Source: an uncultured Pseudomonadota bacterium (GTDB lineage: Bacteria > Desulfobacterota > Binatia > Binatales > Binataceae). From it: a stretch of DNA of 64,000 nt. The DNA is taken from contig CAWCJN010000003.1 of assembly GCA_963795945.1 (NCBI GenBank), positions 71,539 through 135,538 of the forward strand, given 5' to 3'. Made by a program: the position numbers and the translations under genes. This document shows positions 54,187 to 63,099 of the stretch, one piece after another. The notes under the pieces were generated by a model. That model did no database searches and was not told the origin of the DNA. It saw nothing but the letters and a program-made list of their open reading frames with translations. The first letter of the stretch is position 1. Each line of letters begins with the position of its first letter.

Positions 54187-57100
54187 CTGAGGCCGTCAAC
54201 CCGCCCTTATTGCTGACCGAGGCGCTTCCCGCCGACCATCGCGTACGTGATCGTATCGAGCACGACCTCACGACTACGTTGATCATTGAGGCCGCCGCCG
54301 GAACCGGCAAAACCACAGCGCTGGTCAGCCGGATCGTCGCGGTAATCGCGCGCGGGCTCACCACGCTTGATCGCATTGTGGCGGTCACCTTCACCGAGAA
54401 GGCAGCCGGCGAACTGAAGCTGCGCTTGCGCGCCGATATAGAAAAAGCGCGACATGATCCGACGCGCTTCGCTTCGGCCGCGCGCGAGAACCTGACCGCA
54501 TCGCTCGAGAAGCTCGAAGAAGCACACATCGGCACGATCCATTCGTTTTGCGCCGATCTGCTGCGCGAACGGCCACTGGTTGCGGGAGTCGATCCGGCGT
54601 TCGAGATCGCCTCCGATGACGCGGCGCGGGTGCTCTCCGATGCGGCCTTTGACCGCTGGTTCGAGCAATCTCTGGCGCAGCCCGGGCCGGCGCTCCGTCG
54701 AGTGCTGAGACGGCGGCAACTTGCTGACCGCGAAGGGCCGCGGCCGGTGCTCGCGGCGGCAGCGCGCGAACTGCTGGAATGGCGGGATTTCGCATCTCCA
54801 TGGCGCACCGAGGACTTCACTCGTGAAGCTGCTATCGACCAACTGAGCGAGATGATTCTGGCGGCCGGCGCCATCGCGGCCGAAGCCGACCCCGAAGATT
54901 ATCTCTGCCAGTCCTTTGCCAGCTTCGTTCAGCCGGTCCGCGAGGCGCTGCGCCTCGAAAATGTCCGTCGCCGCGATTATGACACGCTTGAGGATACGCT
55001 GCTCCGCCTTTTGACGGGCAAGCAGAACCATTGGGAATGGAAAGGCAGAGGCGATCACTTTGGACCGGTTACGCGCGCCGAGGCCTTCATCCGGCGCGAG
55101 GCAATTCGGCAGGCTTTGCAAGACTTTCGCGAGCGCGCGGGCGCTAATCTCGCGCCACTTCTTCGTGAAGAACTCTGGCCCGTAGTCAATTACTACGACG
55201 AGCTAAAACGGCGCGCGGGTTGTCTGGATTTTCTCGATTTACTGCTGATCGCACGGAATCTCGTTCGTCAAAATGCGTCGGTTCGCGCCGAAATGCAATC
55301 ACGCTTCACACATATCTTTATTGACGAGTTCCAGGATACCGATCCATTGCAGGCCGAGTTGATGATGCTGCTGGCATCCGCAGATGTTTCAGCGACCGAC
55401 TGGCTGAATCTCACGCCAACGCCCGGCAAGCTCTTTATCGTGGGCGATCCCAAACAGTCGATCTATCGCTTTCGGCGCGCCGATGTGGCCCTCTACCAGA
55501 ACGTCAAACGGCGCTTGTGCGAGCGCGGCGCAGCGCTCGAATATCTGACGGTCAGCTTTCGCGCTGCGCCTGAAATTCAGCGGATGGTCAATTCGGCCTT
55601 CGCGCCGCTGATGCCAACTGAGACCGAAAGCCAACCACGCTATGCGCCGCTCGAACCGTTCCGTCCCGCGTATCTTCCGCAGCCGACGATCATTGCATTG
55701 CCGGTGCCTACGCCTTACAACGACTTCGGCAGCATTACCGACTGGAGTATCGAAAAATCGTTGCCCGATGCGATCGCCGCACATCTTGAGTGGCTGCTGC
55801 ACGACAGCGGCTGGACGATAACCGAACGCGATGCCCCGGAGCAGCGGAAGTCACTACGGCCCCGCAATATCTGTATCCTTTTTCGTCGGCTTAACCAGTG
55901 GCGCGGTGGTCGTGCACGCGACGTGACGCGGGATTATGTTCGCGCGCTTGAAGCGCGGCATCTGGAGCATGTGCTGGTGCGCGGCGGTTCCTTCAATCAG
56001 CGCGAAGAAGTCGAGACGATTCGTAACGCGCTCGCCGCGATTGAACGACCCAACGATGAGTTGAGCGTCTATGCCACCTTGCGTGGACCGCTTTTTTCCC
56101 TGACTGACGGCTCATTGCTGCACTTCCGCGAGACCCTCGGCAGTCTGCATCCGTTCCGCCCGATCAACGATGCGCTGCCCGAGGCATTGAACGAAGTCCG
56201 TGACGCACTTTGGGTGTTGCGCGATCTGCATCGCGGACGCAATCGACGCTCGATCTCTGACACAATCACGCGCCTGCTTGATGCTACTCGCGCACACGCC
56301 AGTATCGCGAATTGGCCGACCGGAGAACAGGCGCTCGCCAATTTGACCCGCCTGATGGACTCGGCGCGGCGCTACGAAAATGCCAGTGGAGCAACCTCTC
56401 TGCGCGGCTTCGTCACCCTGATGGAGGAACGCGCCGAGCGTGAGCAGGTCGGCGATGCGCCCGTGGTGGAGGAGGGCGCCGAGGGTATCCGTATCATGTC
56501 GGTGCATAGCGCCAAGGGGCTGGAGTTCCCGGTCGTGGTGCTGGCTGATCTGACCTGCAACGAAACCGCTCAGAGCGCGCGACGCTTTGTCGATCCGGAA
56601 CGCGGCTTATGTGCCCAGATGCTCGCCGGATGCGCGCCGCGTGAGTTGCTCGAACAGGCCTCCGAAGAGCATCGGCGCGACGCCGAGGAAGCTACCCGGG
56701 TGTTGTACGTCGCGGCGACCCGCGCCCGCGACTTGTTAATCGTGCCGGTAGTCGGTGACCGGCCCCACGACGGCTGGCTCGCGAAATTATCGCCGGCCCT
56801 CTACCCGGATTCCCAAACAGCACGCAATCCAGCGGATAGCCGCACGGCGGGATGTCCTGAATTTCGCGCGCCGCTCTGCGGAATCCGTCCATCGAATGCC
56901 CGAGTCAAGGCGAAAGGTATTGCTCCGGGTATCCATCGCCCGGAAGCAGGAGATCATCGAGTGGTATGGTGGGATCCCTCGATTCTCACGCTTGATGCCC
57001 GTGAAACCATGGGTTTACGGCAATCAAAGCTGCTGGAAGCCGACGGCATCGATGGGCGGTCGGTGCGCGGTAAGGACGAGTACGATGCCTGGCGCGTGGC

Positions 57101-57689
57101 CCATTCGTCATTAATCGCTGCGGGCGGGCATCCGACGATTCGCGTCATGAGTGCCACGGAGCATGCGCATTGCGATCCGCTCCCCAATGTCGAGACAAGC
57201 GCCAAGATCGAGCTGATCGAAGTGCCGCGCATTGCATCTCGGCCTCACGGTGCGAGATTCGGTACGCTCACGCATGCGCTGCTGGCGCGAGTAACTCTCC
57301 AGGCGACCGACGATCAAATTAGGGCAATGGCGCGGTTCTATGGCCGGATGCTTGGTGCGTCCGACGCCGAGATCGAAGCAGCCGCAATTACAGCCGCCGC
57401 CGCGTTAGCATCAGCAGTAATGCGTCGTGCGGCGGTAGCATCTGAGTTGCGGCGCGAATCAGCTCTGGCGGTAACCCTCGATGATGGCATGTTAGTCGAA
57501 GGCATTGCTGATCTGGCTTTTCGCGAGACTCCGGCAGGCGGCCAGCCGCTTTGGACCGTGGTCGATTTCAAGACCGACACGTATATCGATGGGCGGCTCG
57601 ACGAGTATCGCACTCAACTCGCGCTCTACATGCGGGCTATCGCGCGAGCCACTAATCTGCCCGCACAAGGCATCCTGCTGTGGATTTGA
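54183..57689 (+). CDS. addA: AddA-type UvrD/Rep-family helicase-nuclease subunit
   Basis: 1168 aa with AAAGTGKTT, DEFQDTD, SVHSAKGLEFPVV and VLYVAATRARD. The C-terminal nuclease reads GIADLAF..WTVVDFKTD. Confidence 0.85.
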   Translation: MTEAVNPPLLLTEALPADHRVRDRIEHDLTTTLIIEAAAGTGKTTALVSRIVAVIARGLTTLDRIVAVTFTEKAAGELKLRLRADIEKARHDPTRFASAARENLTASLEKLEEAHIGTIHSFCADLLRERPLVAGVDPAFEIASDDAARVLSDAAFDRWFEQSLAQPGPALRRVLRRRQLADREGPRPVLAAAARELLEWRDFASPWRTEDFTREAAIDQLSEMILAAGAIAAEADPEDYLCQSFASFVQPVREALRLENVRRRDYDTLEDTLLRLLTGKQNHWEWKGRGDHFGPVTRAEAFIRREAIRQALQDFRERAGANLAPLLREELWPVVNYYDELKRRAGCLDFLDLLLIARNLVRQNASVRAEMQSRFTHIFIDEFQDTDPLQAELMMLLASADVSATDWLNLTPTPGKLFIVGDPKQSIYRFRRADVALYQNVKRRLCERGAALEYLTVSFRAAPEIQRMVNSAFAPLMPTETESQPRYAPLEPFRPAYLPQPTIIALPVPTPYNDFGSITDWSIEKSLPDAIAAHLEWLLHDSGWTITERDAPEQRKSLRPRNICILFRRLNQWRGGRARDVTRDYVRALEARHLEHVLVRGGSFNQREEVETIRNALAAIERPNDELSVYATLRGPLFSLTDGSLLHFRETLGSLHPFRPINDALPEALNEVRDALWVLRDLHRGRNRRSISDTITRLLDATRAHASIANWPTGEQALANLTRLMDSARRYENASGATSLRGFVTLMEERAEREQVGDAPVVEEGAEGIRIMSVHSAKGLEFPVVVLADLTCNETAQSARRFVDPERGLCAQMLAGCAPRELLEQASEEHRRDAEEATRVLYVAATRARDLLIVPVVGDRPHDGWLAKLSPALYPDSQTARNPADSRTAGCPEFRAPLCGIRPSNARVKAKGIAPGIHRPEAGDHRVVWWDPSILTLDARETMGLRQSKLLEADGIDGRSVRGKDEYDAWRVAHSSLIAAGGHPTIRVMSATEHAHCDPLPNVETSAKIELIEVPRIASRPHGARFGTLTHALLARVTLQATDDQIRAMARFYGRMLGASDAEIEAAAITAAAALASAVMRRAAVASELRRESALAVTLDDGMLVEGIADLAFRETPAGGQPLWTVVDFKTDTYIDGRLDEYRTQLALYMRAIARATNLPAQGILLWI

Positions 57690-57763
57690 CTATGGAGGTG
57701 CGGCGGTGCTTGTGCTGCGCCATCGACGCGCCGAACCCGCGTGCGTAAAATCAACACTGGGAA

Positions 57764-58693
57764 TTGATTTTCGAGGAAGTGCGCTTGTCATCGGAACCTA
57801 ATCAAACATTATTGATGGTTGCGTATGGGTCGTTGCTCAGCGGCTATGGGATTCTGGCTGAACGACGTGGCGGCGGCAGCAAACTGGTTGCGCGCGATGC
57901 TTTCCCTATAACCCTTGCCAATGCTCGTCGCGGCCTCGCGAAACCCTCCAGCCACGGCAGCTATCTCGCGATGGACCTTGAACCTGTTCGCAAAGGCGAG
58001 CCGATCGTCGCGCATTGCACTAACCGCAATGCAATCACCGGAATCGGCGTGCTCGGGTTGGAATTCGGCCGCGAGTGGGCGCCATTGATTGCCCGTCGCG
58101 AAGAGTATGAGCCGACCAAATTTGTCGAGCTCATCGAAATGGCTGATCGCGCCAATCAGCCGCTGGGTGAATTCCTGCTCGCGATTGCTCAGCAGACCAG
58201 TTTCGATTTGCTCGCGTACCGCGCAGCTCTATGTGAATTGGTCGGCTATACCTCTCACGGCTATATCTTTCATCCGATTCCATTCAACGACGGACGTATT
58301 GGAATTGCCGCCATTGGTTCGGGCTACGACGGAAGCGGCGATCCTCTTATCCGTTCCAAGCGCAATGAATTCGGCATGGATCGTCTGCTGACGATTGGCG
58401 AAGCGCTGGAGGTCAGCACTTTGCCGCTCGATCGCGACGGTCAAATCGGATATTTCGTCGAATGCGTGCTGGGCGGACTTCATGGTTTAGGGGTTGCTGA
58501 CTTGATCGAGGGGATGGAGATAAGCAGCGCTCTAGCCAACGAACTGGTACATCGCATCGTCGCGATTATTCCGCACGAGCGCCGGTTCTTCGCCACCGCC
58601 ACCTCACTCGATGAGGTGCGTTATCAGAGCGCCTTTACCGGTTTGCTCGATCGTCGTCTGCATCCATTCTTCGGACGTCCGTGCGAGGGTTGA
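57764..58693 (+). CDS. Hypothetical protein with an N-terminal AYGSL motif (GGCT/AIG2-like?)
   Basis: 309 aa, start uncertain (TTG 57764, GTG 57781 or ATG 57815). The stop abuts the ATG of the next gene. No family recognised with confidence. Confidence 0.45.
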   Translation: MIFEEVRLSSEPNQTLLMVAYGSLLSGYGILAERRGGGSKLVARDAFPITLANARRGLAKPSSHGSYLAMDLEPVRKGEPIVAHCTNRNAITGIGVLGLEFGREWAPLIARREEYEPTKFVELIEMADRANQPLGEFLLAIAQQTSFDLLAYRAALCELVGYTSHGYIFHPIPFNDGRIGIAAIGSGYDGSGDPLIRSKRNEFGMDRLLTIGEALEVSTLPLDRDGQIGYFVECVLGGLHGLGVADLIEGMEISSALANELVHRIVAIIPHERRFFATATSLDEVRYQSAFTGLLDRRLHPFFGRPCEG

Positions 58694-59194
58694 ATGGAAT
58701 CGCGGATGGCGTCGGGGTTTTCGATTCAGGTCAACAAAGAGAATCTCAAATTCTCGGCGGCGCACTTCATCGCTTTTCCCGGCTTTCGCGAAGCTCTGCA
58801 TGGCCATAATTATCAGGTCGGCGTCAAGATCGAAGGACGTCTGGGCGCCAGCGGCTACGTGCTTGATTTCGGCCTGGTGAAAAAGCTCCTGAAGGAGATC
58901 GTCGATCGGCTCGACGAACATACGATCATTCCGGCGCTGAGCGACTGCCTCAAAATCGAACATGCCGGGCAGCAGCTCAGAGTCCGCTATGAGCAAGATG
59001 AGTTTGTCTTCCCGCTAAGCGACGTGGCGCTACTCGACATCATGCATAGTTCGGCGGAGGAACTGGCGCGATTCATCTGGGATGAACTACACGCTGCGAT
59101 CGCGGCTCGCGGGGCGCTGCAGGATGTACTTGCAATGGAAGTTTCGGTCGCGGAGGGTCCGGGTCAGGCCGCGCACTATCGTCAGGAGATTTAA
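58694..59194 (+). CDS. 6-pyruvoyl-tetrahydropterin synthase / QueD-family protein
   Basis: FSAAHFIAFPGFREALHGHNYQVGVKIEG...DFG, the His-triad pattern of the PTPS fold. Confidence 0.7.
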   Translation: MESRMASGFSIQVNKENLKFSAAHFIAFPGFREALHGHNYQVGVKIEGRLGASGYVLDFGLVKKLLKEIVDRLDEHTIIPALSDCLKIEHAGQQLRVRYEQDEFVFPLSDVALLDIMHSSAEELARFIWDELHAAIAARGALQDVLAMEVSVAEGPGQAAHYRQEI

Positions 59195-59298
59195 TGTATC
59201 GGATGATATTGGTAACAGCTTAACTATAAGTGAGCACGTTGTTACTTGTCTGTTGCCATGTCAACGTGAGGAGATCGAGGACAACTTAGATTCTGCTG

Positions 59299-60009
59299 AT
59301 GACCGAGGTTTGGGGGAGCCTCTCTACGTTGACGCCAGAGCCCAAATTCGTCGAACACAATCAGTCCTTGCCGGTCGAGCGCGCATTGATCGGCGAACAT
59401 TCCACAATCGTCAAACTGCGCGCGCTGCTGCATCGAGTCGCCGCCACTGATGCAACCGTACTAATCACTGGTGAAAGCGGCAGCGGCAAAGAGATCGTAG
59501 CTCACGCCATCCATGCCATGTCCGCGCGGCGTACGCGCGCTTTTGTCCCAGTCAATTGCGCAGCGATTCCGCATGAATTGTTGGAATCCGAGATGTTCGG
59601 CCATGAGCGCGGCGCCTTCACCGGAGCGGCCGGCGCGCGTCACGGCCTCTTCAGCACTGCCGACGGCGGGACAATCTTTCTCGACGAGATTGGTGAGATG
59701 CCGCTGCAGCTCCAGGCCAAATTCTTGCGCGTGCTCGAAGACGGGATCATCCGTCCACTCGGCTCGGATCGCTCAACCCGAGTTAATACGCGAGTGATTG
59801 CGGCGACCAACGCCGATCTCATCGCGGCGGTCAAAAAAGGCGCGTTTCGTGAAGACCTCTTCTATCGTCTGCAGGTCGTACCGATTTTCATCCCGCCGCT
59901 GCGCGAGCGCCGCTCGGATATTCCCCTGCTGCTCGAACATTTTCTCGCTCGCGTGCGCGATCGCACGCCTGGTCGGAACTGGACCATCTCGCAGGAAGCA
60001 ATGGAATGA
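59299..60009 (+). pseudogene. PspF-like sigma-54-dependent activator, 5' part (AAA+ domain), interrupted by IS3-family insertion
   Basis: Walker [15 protein letters not shown] (ERGAFTGA), Walker B FLDEIGEM. The reading frame ends in IS-derived codons. Confidence 0.85.
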
Positions 60010-60078
60010 ACCCCAAAATCTGGACAGCTGGAGGCGGACGAATTGGACCGGGCGGCCGGGCTTATCGGAGGAGAGGCT

Positions 60079-60435
60079 ATGGCAAGGCACCGGAGCTTCA
60101 GCTTCGAGTTCAAGCGACAAGTGGTATTGGACTTTCTGGAGGGCCGCGCGGAGTTGCGCGGGCTGGCACGTCAGCACAGCCTTTCACGACATCTCATCCG
60201 CCTGTGGATCCAGAAGTACGAGGCGGGGCAGCTCAATGATGAAGTGGCTGACGCCACCCGCATCGCGGAATACGAGACCACGATAGCGGAGCTCGAGCGC
60301 AAGGTCGGCCAGTTGACAATGGAGGTTGACCTCCTGAAAAAAGGGGCGCGCTGGGCACGTCGGCCGAGCGGCGAGAGTTCCTCGATCGTGAGCGGTCCGC
60401 AACCATCTCGGTTGCGGGAGGATGCCGACTCATGA
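60079..60435 (+). CDS. IS3-family transposase OrfA (HTH)
   Basis: [22 protein letters not shown]... after GGAGGAGAGG. It contains the A6G slippery run at 60337-60343. Confidence 0.85.
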   Translation: MARHRSFSFEFKRQVVLDFLEGRAELRGLARQHSLSRHLIRLWIQKYEAGQLNDEVADATRIAEYETTIAELERKVGQLTMEVDLLKKGARWARRPSGESSSIVSGPQPSRLREDADS

Positions 60436-61232
60436 AGCTGGCGCGCTCAACCTATTATTACCGCAGCCGCCGCTCTGCGACGGAGAAAGTAGTCCTGCAC
60501 CAGCGCATTGCGGAACTCAGCGCGGAATTTCCGCGCTACGGCTATCGGCGGATTACCCATCAGCTGCGCGCCGAAAGGCTGCATATCAATCACAAGGCGG
60601 TAGCGCGGATCATGCGCGAAAACGGGCTCCAGGTGCGGCCTTTGCGTCGCTTCGTGCGCACCACCCAGAGCGACCATCAAGACCCGATCTTTCCCGACCT
60701 GACGCGCGGTTTTATTCCGACGGCACCCGATCAACTATGGGTATGCGATCTGACCTACGTGGCGATCGCGGCGGGTTTCGTGTACGTCGCCGTGATCCTC
60801 GATGCCTGGTCGCGGCGGGTGTTAGGCTACGCACTATCGAAGCGCATCGATACGCGACTGACGCTGGCAGCGCTACGTATGGCCGTCGACTCGCGCCGGC
60901 CTCCACCCGGCTGCATCCACCATTCGGACCGTGGCGGGCAGTACACGTCAGCCGCCTATCGACAGGCGCTGAAGGATTATGGGCTGCGGGGATCAATGGG
61001 ACGGCGCGGTAATCCCTACGACAACGCGAAAGCCGAAAGTTTTATGAAAACCCTCAAGTGCGAAGAAGTCTACCTGAGTGACTACCGAACTTTCGCCGAC
61101 GTGATCGAACGGCTTCCCCGTTTTATCGACGAAGTGTACAACGCGCGCAGATTGCACTCAGCGCTGGGTTACCTGGCGCCTGTGCGATTCGAGGAGGAAC
61201 ACACCCGGCAGCCGGTCCAATCTCCCGCCTGA
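60432..61232 (+). CDS. IS3-family transposase OrfB (DDE integrase core)
   Basis: LWVCDLTYV..., [21 protein letters not shown]. The -1 frame is open back to the A6G site, giving ..[41 protein letters not shown]. Confidence 0.9.
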   Translation: MKLARSTYYYRSRRSATEKVVLHQRIAELSAEFPRYGYRRITHQLRAERLHINHKAVARIMRENGLQVRPLRRFVRTTQSDHQDPIFPDLTRGFIPTAPDQLWVCDLTYVAIAAGFVYVAVILDAWSRRVLGYALSKRIDTRLTLAALRMAVDSRRPPPGCIHHSDRGGQYTSAAYRQALKDYGLRGSMGRRGNPYDNAKAESFMKTLKCEEVYLSDYRTFADVIERLPRFIDEVYNARRLHSALGYLAPVRFEEEHTRQPVQSPA

Positions 61233-61261
61233 TAGGTGTCCAGCTCGAAGGGTTCACTCCA

Positions 61262-61631
61262 CAATGGTCCATTTGTGGTCGTACGATTGGCCGGGCAACG
61301 TGCGCGAGCTCGAAAACATGATCGAGCTGACTCAGTCATCCTGGGCGAAGGTCCGGAGATCGACACCTCCCTTCTGCCGCCGAATCTGATCGGCCGACCG
61401 CGTCTTGAAGAAACTAGGATTCCCGCCACTCTCGGAGATCGGGGGGTCAATCTCAATGCGATTGTCCGGGAGCTCGAGGGACGCATGATCAATGAGGCGC
61501 TGAAACAGACCGGCGGCAATAAGCAGGCCGCGGCGTGTTTGCTAGGTCTCAAGCGCACAACCTTTGCCGCGAAGTTGCGGCGCTGTGGCGTGATCGCACC
61601 GTCGAGTTTCGACGGCGGCGACGAATTGTGA
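61262..61631 (+). pseudogene. PspF-like sigma-54 activator, 3' part, with an additional frame break near 61311-61318
   Basis: (M)VHLWSYDWPGNVRELENMIE, then a frame switch to RADSVILGEGPEIDTSLLPP...INEALKQTGGNKQAAACLLGLKRTTFAAKLRR (Fis-type HTH). Confidence 0.8.
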
Positions 61632-61645
61632 ATCCAGAGGATGTT

Positions 61646-62101
61646 ATGGAGCAGTCCCGGCGAACCGCGCAGATCATGGTGGTCGATGACGATCTCGATA
61701 CCGTCTCGATTTTGGCGCGCCATCTACAACGCGAAGGCTATGTCGCAATCGAGGCCTCCTCAGGAATCGAATGCTTGCGGACTGTGCGCGAACGTCCGGT
61801 TGACGTGATCCTGCTCGATTTGATGATGCCGGGGATGGATGGCTTCGATGTCTGCCGGGCTTTGAAGGCCGACCCAAACACCGCGGAAATCCCGATTATT
61901 ATGATTACCGCACGCGACGATCTTGACGCCCGAGCAGAGGGCATGCGGCTCGGAGTCAGTGATTTTCTCGCCAAACCGGTTTTTCGCAGGCAGCTCGCCA
62001 ATCGCATCCGCGCGCAACTCGATACACTTGCCGCGGGCCGCGCCACCGAAGCCGCGCTAAGTCGGTTCAGTAACAGCGGGAGCGATACTAACAAGTCGTA
62101 A
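61646..62101 (+). CDS. Single-domain response regulator (receiver only)
   Basis: IMVVDDDLD...VILLDLMMPGMDG...ITARDD...FLAKP. An alternative GTG start at 61628 overlaps the activator stop. Confidence 0.8.
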   Translation: MEQSRRTAQIMVVDDDLDTVSILARHLQREGYVAIEASSGIECLRTVRERPVDVILLDLMMPGMDGFDVCRALKADPNTAEIPIIMITARDDLDARAEGMRLGVSDFLAKPVFRRQLANRIRAQLDTLAAGRATEAALSRFSNSGSDTNKS

Positions 62102-62102
62102 G

Positions 62103-62303
62103 CTATGTGGTCGCGGTTTGATTCTTGAACTTCAGGGCGCCCGAGGGGCACGCGGCGATCGCTGCGCTAAGTCGTGATTGATCCGCCGCGGCTGAATCGA
62201 TCACGAATTGGCCATTCTCCACCTTGAAGACTTGCGGCAGAGTCTTGACGCAATTGCCGGAGTGAATACAGACCTCGCTATTCCAAATCACTTCGCGCGC
62301 CAT
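62103..62303 (-). CDS. Small ferredoxin-like (single 4Fe-4S-type) protein
   Basis: 66 aa, CIHSGNCVKTLPQVF...ACPSGAL. Confidence 0.55.
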   Translation of the reverse strand: MAREVIWNSEVCIHSGNCVKTLPQVFKVENGQFVIDSAAADQSRLSAAIAACPSGALKFKNQTATT

Positions 62304-62409
62304 CGATGGCTCCCTCCTCTAACATATCCCCTGCTTCGAGGAGCTTGGCACATCGTTCGAGCACGCGTCTATCTTCGAGATCAGCCGATGACCGGCTAGG
62401 CTGGCGGAT

Positions 62410-63006
62410 ATGCTTGACGCGAGATTAGGTCGAATGCCCGTGATTAGGTCAGTTCAGTCGCACCTCGCACAGGCGCTATTTGACGTTGGACTGACGGCGT
62501 CTCGCGCTACTGCCGCCGGCCTCGTTCTGGGAATCGCGTCGGGGCTTTGCTTTGCGGCCGGCGCGCGGCTTCTTGGAGTCTTGATGCTTGGGATGAGCGC
62601 GACATTGGACGCGCTCGACGGCGCTATCGCTCGTGAATGCGCCGCGCCTACGTTGCTTGGCGGAATCTTTGATTTATGTGCCGATCGAGTAGTCGAAATC
62701 GCGGTGCTGATCGGTATTGTTTGGGGCCGCCCAATGCTGCATTTTCCGGCGCTACTTTTGGTCGGAAGCTGGTACATCAATATCACGGTTTTTCTTGCGA
62801 CCGGCGCGGTGATCCCGCCTGCCGGAAAGGTCATCGCGTATCCGCCCGGGCTGGTCGAGCGCACCGAAGCGATCATCTTTTTCATCCTACTGGCCTTTTC
62901 CGGCGAGCTCGGCCCGATCCTCTGTTATGCCTATGCCGCGCTGGAAATTGCCACTGCTTTGCAACGATTACGGTTCGCACGGGAGGCTTTGAGCGGCTTG
63001 CCATGA
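62410..63006 (+). CDS. CDP-alcohol phosphatidyltransferase family protein
   Basis: DALDGAIARECAAPTLLGGIFDLCADR matches D-G-x2-A-R-x8-G-x3-D-x3-D. Confidence 0.8.
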   Translation: MLDARLGRMPVIRSVQSHLAQALFDVGLTASRATAAGLVLGIASGLCFAAGARLLGVLMLGMSATLDALDGAIARECAAPTLLGGIFDLCADRVVEIAVLIGIVWGRPMLHFPALLLVGSWYINITVFLATGAVIPPAGKVIAYPPGLVERTEAIIFFILLAFSGELGPILCYAYAALEIATALQRLRFAREALSGLP

Positions 63007-63099
63007 ATAACGGTCGAATTCCTGCAATGCGTTTCGGTTCGATCGAGCGGCGCGCTAGGTTAGGCGTGCAGCATCGCTCGCTCGGGTAAATGGCTTCCA

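Larger units (their letters stand above)
60002..61261 (+). mobile_element. IS3-family insertion sequence, 1260 bp, apparently intact
   Basis: The ends are TGGAATGAACCCC... and ...GGGTTCACTCCA, about 20 of 27 positions matching as inverted repeats with TG..CA termini. It is flanked by the direct repeat CAA (59999-60001 and 61262-61264). It has the orfA/orfB arrangement, with orfB in the -1 frame. Confidence 0.9.

Noticed and set aside
54119-55121. Two long minus-strand ORFs (251 and 304 aa)
   Set aside because: Both lie inside addA on the opposite strand and are Arg/Ser/Ala-rich and low-complexity. addA carries all the helicase motifs in the plus frame.
50836-57689. Possibility that the two giant nuclease/helicase genes are a novel defence system
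   Set aside because: The motifs and the overlapping two-gene architecture fit housekeeping AddAB double-strand-break repair. There is no methylase, toxin or other defence partner adjacent.
62341-62360. TTGGCACATCGTTCGAG as a possible sigma-54 -24/-12 promoter
   Set aside because: The -12 element (TTGC) is absent at the required spacing. It is probably a chance TGGCAC.
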